Positions 10,001 through 19,172 of a stretch of 38,192 bases of DNA are shown piece after piece. This DNA comes from Candidatus Heimdallarchaeota archaeon. GTDB taxonomy: Archaea; Asgardarchaeota; Heimdallarchaeia; Heimdallarchaeales; Heimdallarchaeaceae. The position numbers and the translations under genes are program-made. Numbering within the stretch: position 1 is the stretch's first letter; the number at the start of each line of letters is the position of its first letter. The DNA is taken from contig JABCTC010000034.1 of NCBI GenBank assembly GCA_018238545.1, positions 1 to 38,192 of the forward strand. Direction: 5' to 3'. The notes beneath the pieces were generated by a model. It searched no databases and had not been told where the DNA came from. It was given only the letters and a program-made list of their open reading frames with translations.

Positions 10001-13000
10001 CAAAAGAAAGAAAGAGAACAAAAATCAGATGATGAAGTATATAAAAATATTTCTCTAATAGATAAAATTAAATCATTTGGTTATAAACTTGATGAAACCA
10101 AAAAAGAGTTTGTTTATACTAAAGGTGAAAATGTAATTAGTGTGTCGCTTCCAGGTAGAGGAAATCTATCTTCAATGAACAAACATATAGAAGAAGTTGT
10201 TATCCCTATGATTGAAAAGTTTGAAAAAACAAAAGATAAAACTCTTACCGCTAAATGGGGAGAAACTTATACTGTAAAAGCTATAAAATACAACGGAATT
10301 AAAACTATTGATAGCGATGGAGAAATAGCAAGTTTCAGTTACAAAGATTTTAACGAAACATTGAATGAAGCTAAAAAAGAAACTAAACCTAAAGTCGAGA
10401 AAAAAGCTGAAACAAAACCAAAAACCTATGCGAATGAATATAAAGAAAAAGTCAACAATATCCAAGAACTAAGCGCATGGAGTTCTAAAGATGTTAAAAA
10501 CAAGTATAAAGTAAATGGTACAGGTAAAATCAAATCAGTAAACGAAATAATGATGGATATTAGAAAGTCTTTCAAAGTAGGCATTTCAAGCACTAGATAC
10601 CGTTCAAAGAAAGCATATGCACATTATAAAGTTTTCCCTGGCGTTATTGAATCAAAGATAGTAAACACTATAGAACCTCTTATGCACGAACTAGGTCATC
10701 ATTTGGATCACAGATACAACTTTAGCAAAAATAACGAGGTATTGGTTGATGCTATGGTGGATAATATGCCTGAAGATTTTAAAACAATGTATAAGAAAAA
10801 TGAATTAAGAGGAGAAGCTATTGCAGAGTTTTTAAGAATATATATGACAAGTCCTTTAGATGTCGATGACTTTGCCGGAGAATTTGTAAATGTATTTGAG
10901 TCAACTTTAGAAGATGCCAAAGAACTTAAAAAACTGTTGGCAATCAAAAATGATATTCTAGGTTGGCTAGACGCTTCGTTTGAAGAACAGTTCAATTCAA
11001 CTCTAGTCACTAGACTTGACAACGCTTTTCTAAAGAGTATCAAAAGAGATTTCAAAGGTAATGTTGATATGGCTATCAAAAAAGACTATATGTTCTTGTT
11101 CAATGAACTTCAACCGCTTCAAGATTTAGCGAAATATTCAGAGGAGTTGTCAGGCAAGCCGTTAACCGTTGCAGAGAACCCTTATTTCTTAGCTGACGCA
11201 TCGTTGAATTCTCCAATGGTGGCACAAGCTATAACTGTGGACCAAATGGTAAACCCTAAAGGTGATGTGATAGGCAATTCTTTCAAGTCGGTAGTAGGTA
11301 AGATAGATGTTAAAGAGTATGACGCTTTCTCTAATTACCTAGTTGCAAAAAGAGCAATAGATTATTATGCGAGGGGTAAAAGAGCGTTTTCTGATGACTT
11401 ACCTATATCGTATGTCCAAAAAATGATAGAGAAATACGAATCAGAGAAACCACATTTTGAAACTACTGCAAACGAGTTATATGATTGGTGGCAAACTTTT
11501 ACTAAAGCATGGGTAGTTGACACAGGGTTGATGACAAACGAACTCTATAACAAGATGAAAGAGTTAGAACCTCATTATGTACCGTTCTTCAGACAAAAGG
11601 ACGAAAGTGTTTTGTTGGGTGATGTGGTTAGAGATTTAGCCAAGAAAGGTTATACAGATTTAAGGAATCCAATTAAAAGGTCAAGCGGAGAAGGTTCAGC
11701 AGACCCTATATTTTATCCTATCGAATCAATGATAATAGAAATAGAAAGGTATGTAACAACGGTTAAACGTAGAGAAGTAATGCTTTCAATCCATGAAATC
11801 TATAACAATCTACTTAAAACTGGAACTGAAGCAACTATGGAACAAGGGATAGGAACAATCATAAATAGGGTTAGTCCTAAGATGATGCCTGAAAGTGTAA
11901 CTATGAAAGATAAGAAAATGAATTTAATTTTCAATCTTTATGACGAATTTACAAACACTCTAAACAAAGAAGATAAAGCAGAATATGAATCACTTAAAAA
12001 AGATGTTAAAAAAGGTGATGCTTTAATTGAAGAATTGTATGATTTTTTCCACGAAAGAGGGTTTGATGCATCAGAAGTTGTAAACGCTTCAATCGACGAT
12101 GTTGAAATGGAATTCAAACCTTTGGAGTTCGATAAAGAATCAAATATAATAACCGTTAAAGGCAAAGATGGAAAGACTTATCACTATGAAATATTCGATA
12201 GGTTTTTACTTGAAGCGTTGGTCAAGATGGATAACTCGAATATGGATTCAGCAACTAAACATGTTATAGCTTTTAGAAGAGTAGTTCAATCACTTATAAC
12301 AACATTTAATCCAGTCTTTGTAGCGTTTAATGTTTCACGTGATGCTTTTCATGGTTTTGTAGCGTCTAATATACCTATGCATAAATATCATGCCGAGTTG
12401 TTTAAGGCTCTTTATCAAGAAGTTACAAATGGTGAATGGTCTAAATCATATAGAAGAAGTGGCGGTGGATATGCTTCCCCAACCGGAGCTGATAGAAACG
12501 CACTCAAAGAAAGTATGTCTAAAGTTATTCCGGGCTGGAAAAGAAAACACAAACTGGAAGCGGTTCTTCAATCGATAGAAAAAATATCAGACGCTTTAGA
12601 ACAAGGACCTAGGATTGCAGAATACACTTATATAGTTAAAATGAAAGGCGACACTTTTGAGGGTAGATTAGAAGCTCTTTACGGTGGGAAAGATGTAACT
12701 GTAAACTTCCAAAGAAAAGGTCAAATAATGCGTAGATGGTATGGCAACTTTGTGCCATTCTTGAACCCGGCTTTACAAGGGGTAGACAAAATCGCTCGTA
12801 TGCACACTAAAGAACAAATAGCGAAAACAGCAATCAGAGGTATAGTAAATTTAACCACGTTATCACTTATTCTGTATGGAGTTCATAGAGATGATGACGA
12901 ATACAAAAAAGTTTCAACTTATATTAAAGACAATTATTATCTTTTACCTACCGATACTCCTGGAGTTTATCACAAAATACCGAAACCAAGAGAACTTGGT

Positions 13001-13738
13001 TATATATATAGTTCCACATTTGAAAGAGCGTTGGATTCGTTTATAGACAAGAACCCTGGCGCATGGGACGATTATTTCACTAATTTAGTAAATGTATTCA
13101 TGCCACCGAAAGAAAGTATCTTCAAAGGGTTTACAGATGCACTCAACAATAGAACGTGGTACGGTGGGAACATAGTGCCTTATGCTTATCAGGCTTTACA
13201 AGTGGACCAACAATATACAAACACTACTTCTAAGTTTTCAAGAATGATAGCGAAGATAATTCCCGACAATACTAATTTAAGTAGTCCTATGATCATAGAT
13301 TATATACTGAAGCAATATACCGGAGTTATCGGCAAGTTGGCAATTCCTATGACAGATGATATAAAAGGAAATGCACTAGGATATGTCAAACAAGCGTTCA
13401 CTACAGATGTGGCATACTCAAACAACGATGTTAGAAAGTTTTATGATAGACTCGATAGCATGAAATCAATTGTGGCAACTGCTAAGTTTGGTAGAGAATT
13501 CAAGGGTATAAATGAAATGAAGGCATATGAACTATATCAAATAGCGTACGACTCTATAAAAGAACTATCTGCAATATATGAACAGATAGATAAAATGAGC
13601 GATAAAGACTACGCCAAAGTTACTAAGGACCTAGAAGTTATAGGTATGAGCCGTGATGATGTTAAAAGACTTATCAAACTCGAGATATTAAATGTTGCAG
13701 AATTTTCAAATAAACAGTATGATGAATATATAAAATAG
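7052..13738 (+). CDS. Large polyvalent protein (ART-like domain, zincin metallopeptidase, LPD38-like C-terminus); probable ejected virion protein
   Basis: KVVDDENKPKIVYRGT..GTYFSD..KKPF..GFDGLII..YAVFEQEQI (ART-PolyVal-like); HELGH..EAIAEF (zincin); YHKIPKPRELG..WYGGNIVP..SP.IIDYILKQYTGVIG (LPD38-like). Confidence 0.8.
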   Translation: MKTWEEIKKEREKENRRIVDPTKSVVEKGNVLTSPKTWQQIKEGRLGSSETIEGISRFKREYTGEDTAASVMADRIKPYEERIKDIPKADYKIIEEAIKQGDRTSDYYMGGTYDRPTSTPTITPREPREPEPSIIGSFDKPITTPTITEAKPQKPVESWKLSLLANKRFEEGRKARLGQPNEYDKINEEYQIMAQEVGEVGILGQTVAMLPYMGATIGAGVKGGLEASIAAGGMTVLAGQLGPQALIPEEGITVPVAMATGYHAGSITATALKSFELMSGQSYGDLIDMGVDHETAASISDVVGALNAGIELVQLNQIMKPFMKGFNANAATLVRSQLNNKGKSALMGYVKSLGAETLEEVMQEVVSIYGEKKGLESMGQDARWTKADTGRVFETGKASVGPLGIIQGITGLGGKVITPKSYVGKPTPSEIVSPKVEPIIKKEEKLEPEVIKDLVVDEIIPEKVETIIKKIKDTKVVDDENKPKIVYRGTISETIEGEQLGTYFSDSPEIAEMYAEEVDWLEKEEATVHEVMLDIKKPFELDAKGSLWNELSLSDILDKGVDIENLEKKQISDMMGSLNYSKEEAIAKIKINNNTSIQSIAEYAKANGFDGLIINNVRDGNNEKSLKTPSTTYAVFEQEQISSVKTTPKISLMEEKTKVDQEPKVEPTKPSVVETKEVKPVVSVVEEEKVITAEPSIKKDIKQNSFTKLADKYIGATAQIEADEQALRGEEFAIDYLEPVYDEIDRRVNKADISSEDANSFYNKLVDRLGKTEADNVMFETGLYEFTKVEKSIVKEAEKPTLVNNRDNMSFVRDEEPFTITRGKEYNYKGTTVKENVVKIIGISHAKNQVKYIVRGKKGEFWVDKGFIYPQVVDKVVEKPKDATKLSSVVEAENKKQEAKMKKDLEKKKVKFEKGLDLRLKFRTDKLSLTDGEYKQYKEFVKSELNRSDELISRDVVAYKDELKYKIDQAMESKKSREESFSKQKKEREQKSDDEVYKNISLIDKIKSFGYKLDETKKEFVYTKGENVISVSLPGRGNLSSMNKHIEEVVIPMIEKFEKTKDKTLTAKWGETYTVKAIKYNGIKTIDSDGEIASFSYKDFNETLNEAKKETKPKVEKKAETKPKTYANEYKEKVNNIQELSAWSSKDVKNKYKVNGTGKIKSVNEIMMDIRKSFKVGISSTRYRSKKAYAHYKVFPGVIESKIVNTIEPLMHELGHHLDHRYNFSKNNEVLVDAMVDNMPEDFKTMYKKNELRGEAIAEFLRIYMTSPLDVDDFAGEFVNVFESTLEDAKELKKLLAIKNDILGWLDASFEEQFNSTLVTRLDNAFLKSIKRDFKGNVDMAIKKDYMFLFNELQPLQDLAKYSEELSGKPLTVAENPYFLADASLNSPMVAQAITVDQMVNPKGDVIGNSFKSVVGKIDVKEYDAFSNYLVAKRAIDYYARGKRAFSDDLPISYVQKMIEKYESEKPHFETTANELYDWWQTFTKAWVVDTGLMTNELYNKMKELEPHYVPFFRQKDESVLLGDVVRDLAKKGYTDLRNPIKRSSGEGSADPIFYPIESMIIEIERYVTTVKRREVMLSIHEIYNNLLKTGTEATMEQGIGTIINRVSPKMMPESVTMKDKKMNLIFNLYDEFTNTLNKEDKAEYESLKKDVKKGDALIEELYDFFHERGFDASEVVNASIDDVEMEFKPLEFDKESNIITVKGKDGKTYHYEIFDRFLLEALVKMDNSNMDSATKHVIAFRRVVQSLITTFNPVFVAFNVSRDAFHGFVASNIPMHKYHAELFKALYQEVTNGEWSKSYRRSGGGYASPTGADRNALKESMSKVIPGWKRKHKLEAVLQSIEKISDALEQGPRIAEYTYIVKMKGDTFEGRLEALYGGKDVTVNFQRKGQIMRRWYGNFVPFLNPALQGVDKIARMHTKEQIAKTAIRGIVNLTTLSLILYGVHRDDDEYKKVSTYIKDNYYLLPTDTPGVYHKIPKPRELGYIYSSTFERALDSFIDKNPGAWDDYFTNLVNVFMPPKESIFKGFTDALNNRTWYGGNIVPYAYQALQVDQQYTNTTSKFSRMIAKIIPDNTNLSSPMIIDYILKQYTGVIGKLAIPMTDDIKGNALGYVKQAFTTDVAYSNNDVRKFYDRLDSMKSIVATAKFGREFKGINEMKAYELYQIAYDSIKELSAIYEQIDKMSDKDYAKVTKDLEVIGMSRDDVKRLIKLEILNVAEFSNKQYDEYIK

Positions 13739-13753
13739 TTTGCCCTCCTTTAG

Positions 13754-13787
13754 AGGTCCACTTAGAAATAGGTGGGCTTCGTTTTCG
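13754..13787 (+). terminator. Rho-independent terminator after the giant gene
   Basis: GAGGTCCACTTA-GAAA-TAGGTGGGCTTC then GTTTT. Confidence 0.65.
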
Positions 13788-13791
13788 CATT

Positions 13792-13818
13792 AAAAAAAGA
13801 CTCTAATTAAAGAGTCTT
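13792..13818 (-). terminator. Rho-independent terminator of the leftward operon
   Basis: AAAGACTCT-AATTAA-AGAGTCTTT inverted repeat with a 7-A tract (U tract on the - strand) at the stop of the MBL gene. Confidence 0.8.
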
Positions 13819-14546
13819 TAAATTTCATTCCTCCATTCATATCCATTACTCACAATATCAGTTTCGATATTAAACTCGTTCTGTATCTCTCGCTTATACA
13901 TTTCGCCATTAGAATTATTTGCCGATAAATGTAATAACATTATCACACTTGTTTTTTCAATGTCTGTACTTCTTAGAAACTCTTGAACATCATCAAAACC
14001 GAAATGCGTTCTCATAATTCTTTTAGCTAAGGTTATATTTATTCTCTCGCTTTCGATATTCTTAGTCATCGTATCAAGATCATAGTTGCATTCGATCATA
14101 TAAACATCAATATTTTTAAATACATTCTTCAAATAATAAGTATCGGTAGCGAATACAATCTTTTCTCCTGATGGTGCCATAATCAGATAACCATAAGGAT
14201 TGTCACAATCATGTCTAACTTCAAAAGGGATAACTTTAAAGTTGCCTATTTTAACACTCTCATTTGGCTCTAGTGCGATTTTATGATGTGATGGTGTGTT
14301 TATATGCTCTAGGGTTTCTTTGCTACTGTATACATCTATTCCTAGCTTAATTAAGTCACTTGCCGATTTGGAGTGGTCTAAGTGTTCGTGAGTTAACAAA
14401 CAACCTTTAACCCTCGATACATCAAATCCAACTCCCTTCTTAATATCTTTGATATTGATACCACACTCGAGAAACAGGGTTTCTCCCGAATCTTCAAGTG
14501 TGTAAAAGTTACCTTTCGATGATGAACCGAAACATTTAATAATCAT
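13818..14546 (-). CDS. MBL-fold metallo-hydrolase (YycJ/WalJ-like exonuclease)
   Basis: GSSSKGN, THEHLDH (HxHxDH), HD, ATDT, IECNY and LLHLS motifs. Confidence 0.9.
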   Translation of the reverse strand: MIIKCFGSSSKGNFYTLEDSGETLFLECGINIKDIKKGVGFDVSRVKGCLLTHEHLDHSKSASDLIKLGIDVYSSKETLEHINTPSHHKIALEPNESVKIGNFKVIPFEVRHDCDNPYGYLIMAPSGEKIVFATDTYYLKNVFKNIDVYMIECNYDLDTMTKNIESERINITLAKRIMRTHFGFDDVQEFLRSTDIEKTSVIMLLHLSANNSNGEMYKREIQNEFNIETDIVSNGYEWRNEI

Positions 14547-15079
14547 TAGACTTCTACAACTCTAGATGCCCACATATCAGCAAAGTGTAGAATCATCATA
14601 AGTCTCGTTTCTTTTCCGTTTATAGTTCTTCCATCAGGTGTATAAAGTCCGTTATGAAACTTTATAGCGATTGCTGTTTCTCTAGTCAAATCAATAAATT
14701 TAGATGCAATCATAAGCGATAAATCTTGATGTTCGATTACTATATTTTTGTTGACTACATAAGGTTTAGCATCTGAAATCTTACCGCTTTTTAAAATGTT
14801 ATCTTGATACATAATTTCGCCGAATGCTCCCATTTTACCTATATCGTGTAATAAACAACTGACAATCAGATCGTTTTTATCAACCAACCCAGCCATCGGC
14901 ATTACCGATGCGATTGCATATACATTTAGAGAATGTTCCAACAAACCTTTTTCTCTGCATAAATGGTTTTGTGAACTTGCCGGTGCTGTGTAGAACCCCA
15001 TTTGTACAAGATGGTCAATCAATTTTCCCATTCCTTTAATCTCTGTTGATAATAATAATTCGTTAAACTTAATATCCAC
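14546..15079 (-). CDS. HD-domain phosphohydrolase (YhaM/Cbf1-like)
   Basis: APASSQNH..GLLEHSLNV, LLHDIGK, FHNG and HFAD motifs. Confidence 0.88.
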   Translation of the reverse strand: MDIKFNELLLSTEIKGMGKLIDHLVQMGFYTAPASSQNHLCREKGLLEHSLNVYAIASVMPMAGLVDKNDLIVSCLLHDIGKMGAFGEIMYQDNILKSGKISDAKPYVVNKNIVIEHQDLSLMIASKFIDLTRETAIAIKFHNGLYTPDGRTINGKETRLMMILHFADMWASRVVEV

Positions 15080-15094
15080 TATGTTTCCTCCTTT

Positions 15095-15994
15095 TTATTT
15101 CGTCCAATCAGGCGCTTCGTCATCATCTTCTAAATTTGCGAATGGTGTTTCTTGTTCAACTTCTTCAACTTCTATTTCAACCACATCTTCTTTTTTAAAG
15201 TCTAATGGTTTTGAATTGGCTTGTTCTTTCTTTTCTTCTTTTGGATCATCAACGATTTCATATTCATCATCATTACTTCTGTTAAACGATTCAACAACAA
15301 GAGAATTAGCATCGCTCGAAGAATTAAGAAACATTTTAACTGCTCTGTTTATTACTGTTTTCTTAGCCATTTCACTAGCGAAGTTTCTATGAGCCTTGCT
15401 ATCACCTTTCATAGCGCCCATATTCCAGGCTGACTTAATTTGTTTCATTGTCATTATCTCGATATAATTAGGTTTTCCTTCTCTAACCACGATTGCGTAA
15501 GCTGCAATTATGTCATTATCTAAATTTTCTAGCGAAGTTTCGTGAACTGTAATTTTGGTAAGTCCCGTTTCAAGACTTTTTTCAAACTTAAAAGTATCAC
15601 CTTTATTTATTGTATTTGCAAACACATCTACTATGTTAGGAACTGCCGCTTTAGTTGCTGCAACTGCACCGAAATAACTTTTGTCACAACAAAGTTTCTT
15701 GCCTCTAACTATGAAATAACATTGCTTCTTAGCCGGACTAAGGTTCTGAAAAATCATATCTAGTAGCGCATTATATACAGAGTCTTTCGTACAAACCTCT
15801 AGTGCGTTCTTACCTGCCTTATCCTCTGTTTCTTGAAGTATAAGCCATGCTGATTTTAGAGCGTTACTCATTGAATAATTTGGGTTTATATCGAATTTCT
15901 TTTCTTCAATCATACTCATCAATTTGTTTTCAACCGCTTCAACGGTGTTCTCGGTAGCATCTAACAATGCTAGCGACTTAGTTTTTTTAGCCAT
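15095..15994 (-). CDS. recT: RecT-family single-strand annealing recombinase
   Basis: LSPAKKQCYFI, SYFG, IIAAYA and EMAKKTVINRA motifs; acidic C-terminal tail. Confidence 0.9.
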   Translation of the reverse strand: MAKKTKSLALLDATENTVEAVENKLMSMIEEKKFDINPNYSMSNALKSAWLILQETEDKAGKNALEVCTKDSVYNALLDMIFQNLSPAKKQCYFIVRGKKLCCDKSYFGAVAATKAAVPNIVDVFANTINKGDTFKFEKSLETGLTKITVHETSLENLDNDIIAAYAIVVREGKPNYIEIMTMKQIKSAWNMGAMKGDSKAHRNFASEMAKKTVINRAVKMFLNSSSDANSLVVESFNRSNDDEYEIVDDPKEEKKEQANSKPLDFKKEDVVEIEVEEVEQETPFANLEDDDEAPDWTK

Positions 15995-16155
15995 TTGTTA
16001 CCCTCCTTCGATTTTTTGATAATGATTCGATCTTTCTTCAAATCATATTCCACTTGTACTTTCTGCCCTTCGTTCCACCCCATAAATCCTATGAAAGATT
16101 TAGGTAGTGTGATTCCTATACTGTTTCCTATCCTCATTAGTTTTCTCTCGTCCAT
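15970..16155 (-). CDS. AbrB/MazE/SpoVT-family DNA-binding protein
   Basis: RKLMRIGNSIGITLPK..MGWNEGQKV swapped-hairpin motif; AAAGGAGG RBS. Confidence 0.85.
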   Translation of the reverse strand: MDERKLMRIGNSIGITLPKSFIGFMGWNEGQKVQVEYDLKKDRIIIKKSKEGNKWLKKLSR

Positions 16156-16175
16156 ATATGCCTCCTTTACATATA

Positions 16176-16184
16176 TTATAACAT
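16176..16184 (-). promoter_or_regulatory. Extended -10 promoter (TGTTATAAT) upstream of the abrB-like gene
   Basis: Reverse complement of ATTATAACA in the ssb-abrB intergenic gap. Confidence 0.55.
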
Positions 16185-16229
16185 ATATAATAACGCACGG
16201 AAAGAAAAACCGAACTTAATCGGTTAATC

Positions 16230-16628
16230 TTAAAACGGGGTTTCGCTTCCGTCCACTGTTTCAAACTTGCTAAAATCATATTCATCATTTGATTTACTAG
16301 TTGGTTCGTTACCCGTTTCTGATTTCTTAGATAAAAACTCAACTCTTTCAGCTACGATCTTGGTTCCGTAAACAGTTTTGCCATCTTTCTCGTAGTTGCT
16401 ATTTTGCACGCTTCCCCTAATTGCTACTCGGCTACCTTTCACTAGATAATTAGCCACATTCTCGGCTGTTTTTCCCCAACATTCAATATTGAAGAAATCT
16501 GTTTTCTTTTCCTTTGAAAATTCTCTGTCAACAGCTATAGAAAATTTTGCTACAGCTTTACCGCTTCCAGCTACAAATTTAAGTTCAGGATCTTTTGTTA
16601 ATCTTGCGATCAAAATTATACTATTCAT
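16230..16628 (-). CDS. ssb: Single-stranded DNA-binding protein
   Basis: MNSIILIARLTKDPEL, TDFFNIECWGKTAE, acidic tail ending in PF. Confidence 0.95.
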   Translation of the reverse strand: MNSIILIARLTKDPELKFVAGSGKAVAKFSIAVDREFSKEKKTDFFNIECWGKTAENVANYLVKGSRVAIRGSVQNSNYEKDGKTVYGTKIVAERVEFLSKKSETGNEPTSKSNDEYDFSKFETVDGSETPF

Positions 16629-16668
16629 ATTTACCTCCTAAAGTAATATCCATTTCTCTGAATTTCAT

Positions 16669-18594
16669 CTACTCCACCCTCAATTCTTTGTCATCTTCGC
16701 TTACGAAGAGACTTATTATTTGACTCTTAGTGTCAATGAGCTTTGTTACGCTCTCGTTGTTATCGATAAATATCGGTGCATTAAATCCGTAAAAATCTAT
16801 TAGAGTATTGATTATATCTAGTCCGGCATTAATTCTTGCACCATTGTTTAGATTAGTTCTATAAGGGACACCTTCAACTAATGCTTCACAAGTAGGTTCT
16901 AGCGCTCCATTCACTAATTTATTGAACAGCTTAAATGATACAAGTTCAAATTTGCTATTGAGTTTCTTCTCGAGTAAATCAATTGATTTATTATTGTAAT
17001 TGTCAATCATAAACTCGTCTTTCTCGATAGATAAAAGTTCTTCGTTTAAATCTTTCTCAATCTCCAGGAGTTCAGATCGTCTACTGTTTGATTTTTCAAT
17101 CACTTCATATTTATATAGCAGGTCTTTGAAAAAGTCTTTCTTTTGACTAATATCGCTTAATTTTCCAACTAATAAAGAAGTGTCTGCTGATTGGTCTACT
17201 GCTTTTTCCATCGCTTTGATTTCTAATTCGATTTCTTTATATTCGTCGGTAGGTGTAAACTTAGTAACCACTACATCAGGAGTGTTCATAATGCGTACTC
17301 TTCTATCGTCAATACCATCTCGCTCGATTTCATTTTTCTTAGTCAACCCATCGTTTACAGCTTCATTTCCCTTAATTGATTTATGAAGTCTAGTACCTTT
17401 GTTAGAAATAGTTTCTAATTCAACACTGCAATCACCCATGAATTTCGTTCTTGCTTTGTTAATTAATTCTTCTTTTTGGTCTATTGGCAACTCTTGACCG
17501 CAAGTGTGGCAAACTAAATCCGTCGGTGGTTTGAAGCTTCTAGATTTCATTTCTTTGTATTCTTCTCTAGCAATAGATAACTTTTCTTTTACTTTTTCAA
17601 TCTCCATTGTTACCGCTTCTTTTGACTTGGTATTTCTTTTGATTCTTTCTTCGCTTTCTTCAATGTCCGTTTTATAATTAGCAATCATTCTTTTAACTTC
17701 GCTATTTTTATACTCGACATTTCGCTCGTGATCCGATTCAATACTAACTAACTTTTGCTTCTTCCTAGCGACCTCTCTAATAAGATGTTCATTGTTCTCA
17801 TTACGTGTAGAAACGTCACTGAGCGACTTTTTAACCTCGTCATACTCTTTATCCATTCTAACGAGTTCTTTCTCTGCATCTGATTTTGACACCTCCGGGG
17901 TACTATTTATCACTCTGTCTGTTTCATCGACTCTAGAAGGTATTTCTTCTAAGTCTTTTTTAATTTTTTTCTTTTTCTCGGAGATCATTTTTCCATAATC
18001 TTCGATTGTTTTCCCTTGATTTAAAATAGCTGCAATAAACGATTCAAGTTTCTTATCACCCTCAACTATTTCATCGTTATCAATTCCGCCGACTAATTCA
18101 ATTAGAATCTCTCTTTGCTTAGTCCAATGAAGCGAAGTAAAGTAATTCAAATTTGAAACCATCTTGAAAACTTCTTCGTCGATAATCTCGCCTATCATAG
18201 ATTGATATTCTTTTTGTGATACTGGAACACCATCAATATGATAAACAGTTGTATGACCGGTTAAAACCTTTTCAATAGTACCGGTTTTCTTAACCCATTT
18301 CTCTGTATAGGTTCTTTTTAATTGTTTTAGCTTTCCATCAACTAACAAATCAGCACCGACTTCGTGTTCAAGAAAATGAATTGGATCACCATTGCTATCA
18401 AGTGTTTTGATTTCAAAATCTTTTTTATCCTCTGAATTCTTACCAAACAAAAGCCATAAATAAGCATCGAAGATCGTTGTTTTTCCTGTTGCATTATCAC
18501 CATAGATTTTTAAATCTTTACCATTTGGCAATACTTTTAATTCTTTTATGCCTTTAAAATTTCTGATTTGCAGTTCTTTTAATGTAATCTTCAT
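16669..18594 (-). CDS. Rad50/SbcC-like SMC ATPase
   Basis: NFKG, Walker A GDNATGKT, long coiled coils with CHTC zinc hook, LNNG signature, Walker B IFIDN. Start set at ATG 18594 after GGGAGGG. Confidence 0.9.
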   Translation of the reverse strand: MKITLKELQIRNFKGIKELKVLPNGKDLKIYGDNATGKTTIFDAYLWLLFGKNSEDKKDFEIKTLDSNGDPIHFLEHEVGADLLVDGKLKQLKRTYTEKWVKKTGTIEKVLTGHTTVYHIDGVPVSQKEYQSMIGEIIDEEVFKMVSNLNYFTSLHWTKQREILIELVGGIDNDEIVEGDKKLESFIAAILNQGKTIEDYGKMISEKKKKIKKDLEEIPSRVDETDRVINSTPEVSKSDAEKELVRMDKEYDEVKKSLSDVSTRNENNEHLIREVARKKQKLVSIESDHERNVEYKNSEVKRMIANYKTDIEESEERIKRNTKSKEAVTMEIEKVKEKLSIAREEYKEMKSRSFKPPTDLVCHTCGQELPIDQKEELINKARTKFMGDCSVELETISNKGTRLHKSIKGNEAVNDGLTKKNEIERDGIDDRRVRIMNTPDVVVTKFTPTDEYKEIELEIKAMEKAVDQSADTSLLVGKLSDISQKKDFFKDLLYKYEVIEKSNSRRSELLEIEKDLNEELLSIEKDEFMIDNYNNKSIDLLEKKLNSKFELVSFKLFNKLVNGALEPTCEALVEGVPYRTNLNNGARINAGLDIINTLIDFYGFNAPIFIDNNESVTKLIDTKSQIISLFVSEDDKELRVE

Positions 18595-18612
18595 AATTAA
18601 CCCTCCCAAGTT

Positions 18613-18774
18613 TTATTTCTCTTCTAGCCATTTTTCAACTTCTTTAATTTCTCCGTACCATTTGCTTCCTAGTTTCTTACAAGGCATATCTTTTTTTTCA
18701 CCTTTGCCGATCCAGTTATAAATCGTTCTTTCTGTCACTTTAAAATGCGCAGCTATTTCTTTTACTGTATTCAT
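18613..18774 (-). CDS. Small HTH (excisionase/HTH_17-like) DNA-binding protein
   Basis: MNTVKEIAAHFKVTERTIYNWI..PCKKLGSKW..EVEKWL; AGGAGGTG RBS before ATG 18774, so the real start is downstream of the tracked one. Confidence 0.85.
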   Translation of the reverse strand: MNTVKEIAAHFKVTERTIYNWIGKGEKKDMPCKKLGSKWYGEIKEVEKWLEEK

Positions 18775-18793
18775 TATCTCACCTCCTGGTTCT

Positions 18794-18822
18794 ATTATAA
18801 ATGAAAGAATATGAAATTGCAA
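18794..18822 (-). promoter_or_regulatory. Leftward sigmaA-type promoter
   Basis: TTGCAA-17 nt-TATAAT on the - strand. Confidence 0.7.
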
Positions 18823-18853
18823 GAAGTAATTTGAAAATAAATTAAAATAATTG

Positions 18854-18882
18854 TTGACAACTATACCACAAAGGAATATATT
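18854..18882 (+). promoter_or_regulatory. Rightward sigmaA-type early promoter
   Basis: TTGACA-17 nt-TATATT, back-to-back with the leftward promoter. Confidence 0.8.
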
Positions 18883-18899
18883 AAGAGCAAGAAAAGGAG

Positions 18900-19172
18900 A
18901 TGTTGAGAATGAACAGAACAACAACAAAATCATATGGAATGGTAGAAGAAATAAAAATCGAATGTTGCAAAGAAGAATTACAAGAAGTCGTAAATGAATT
19001 TGGATCTGTAGTTGTAAGGAGAACAAAAGAATCTGAATATTTATTCGATGGCGAAAGTTATTTAATTGAAGATGCGAAATTTATTCTTTTAAGTGTAGAA
19101 AAAATATATTTGCATTCTTTAGATGTTAACGATCGGATTTATCCAAAAGTTACAATAAGGGAGAGTGTTTAA
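18900..19172 (+). CDS. Hypothetical early protein
   Basis: First ORF after the early promoter; AAAGGAG RBS (start may be ATG 18909). Confidence 0.6.
   Translation: MLRMNRTTTKSYGMVEEIKIECCKEELQEVVNEFGSVVVRRTKESEYLFDGESYLIEDAKFILLSVEKIYLHSLDVNDRIYPKVTIRESV

Noticed and set aside
8314-12578. Antisense and alternate-frame ORFs inside the giant gene (and similar ones inside other long genes)
   Set aside because: They are low-complexity Ser/Phe/Ile-rich shadows of Lys/Glu-rich sense codons, with no RBS or recognisable motifs.
13741-13751. Anti-Shine-Dalgarno-like CCCTCCTTT after the giant gene (RBS on the - strand, or an antisense RNA)
   Set aside because: No start codon at a suitable distance on the - strand, and no promoter or specific target could be identified.
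15970-16155. MazE-type antitoxin of a toxin-antitoxin pair
   Set aside because: The downstream gene is recT, not a toxin, and the protein has only the DNA-binding domain.
18775-19026. N-terminal extension of the tracked 137-aa ORF 18613..19026
   Set aside because: It overlaps the divergent promoters and the opposite-strand gene; a strong RBS supports the start at 18774.
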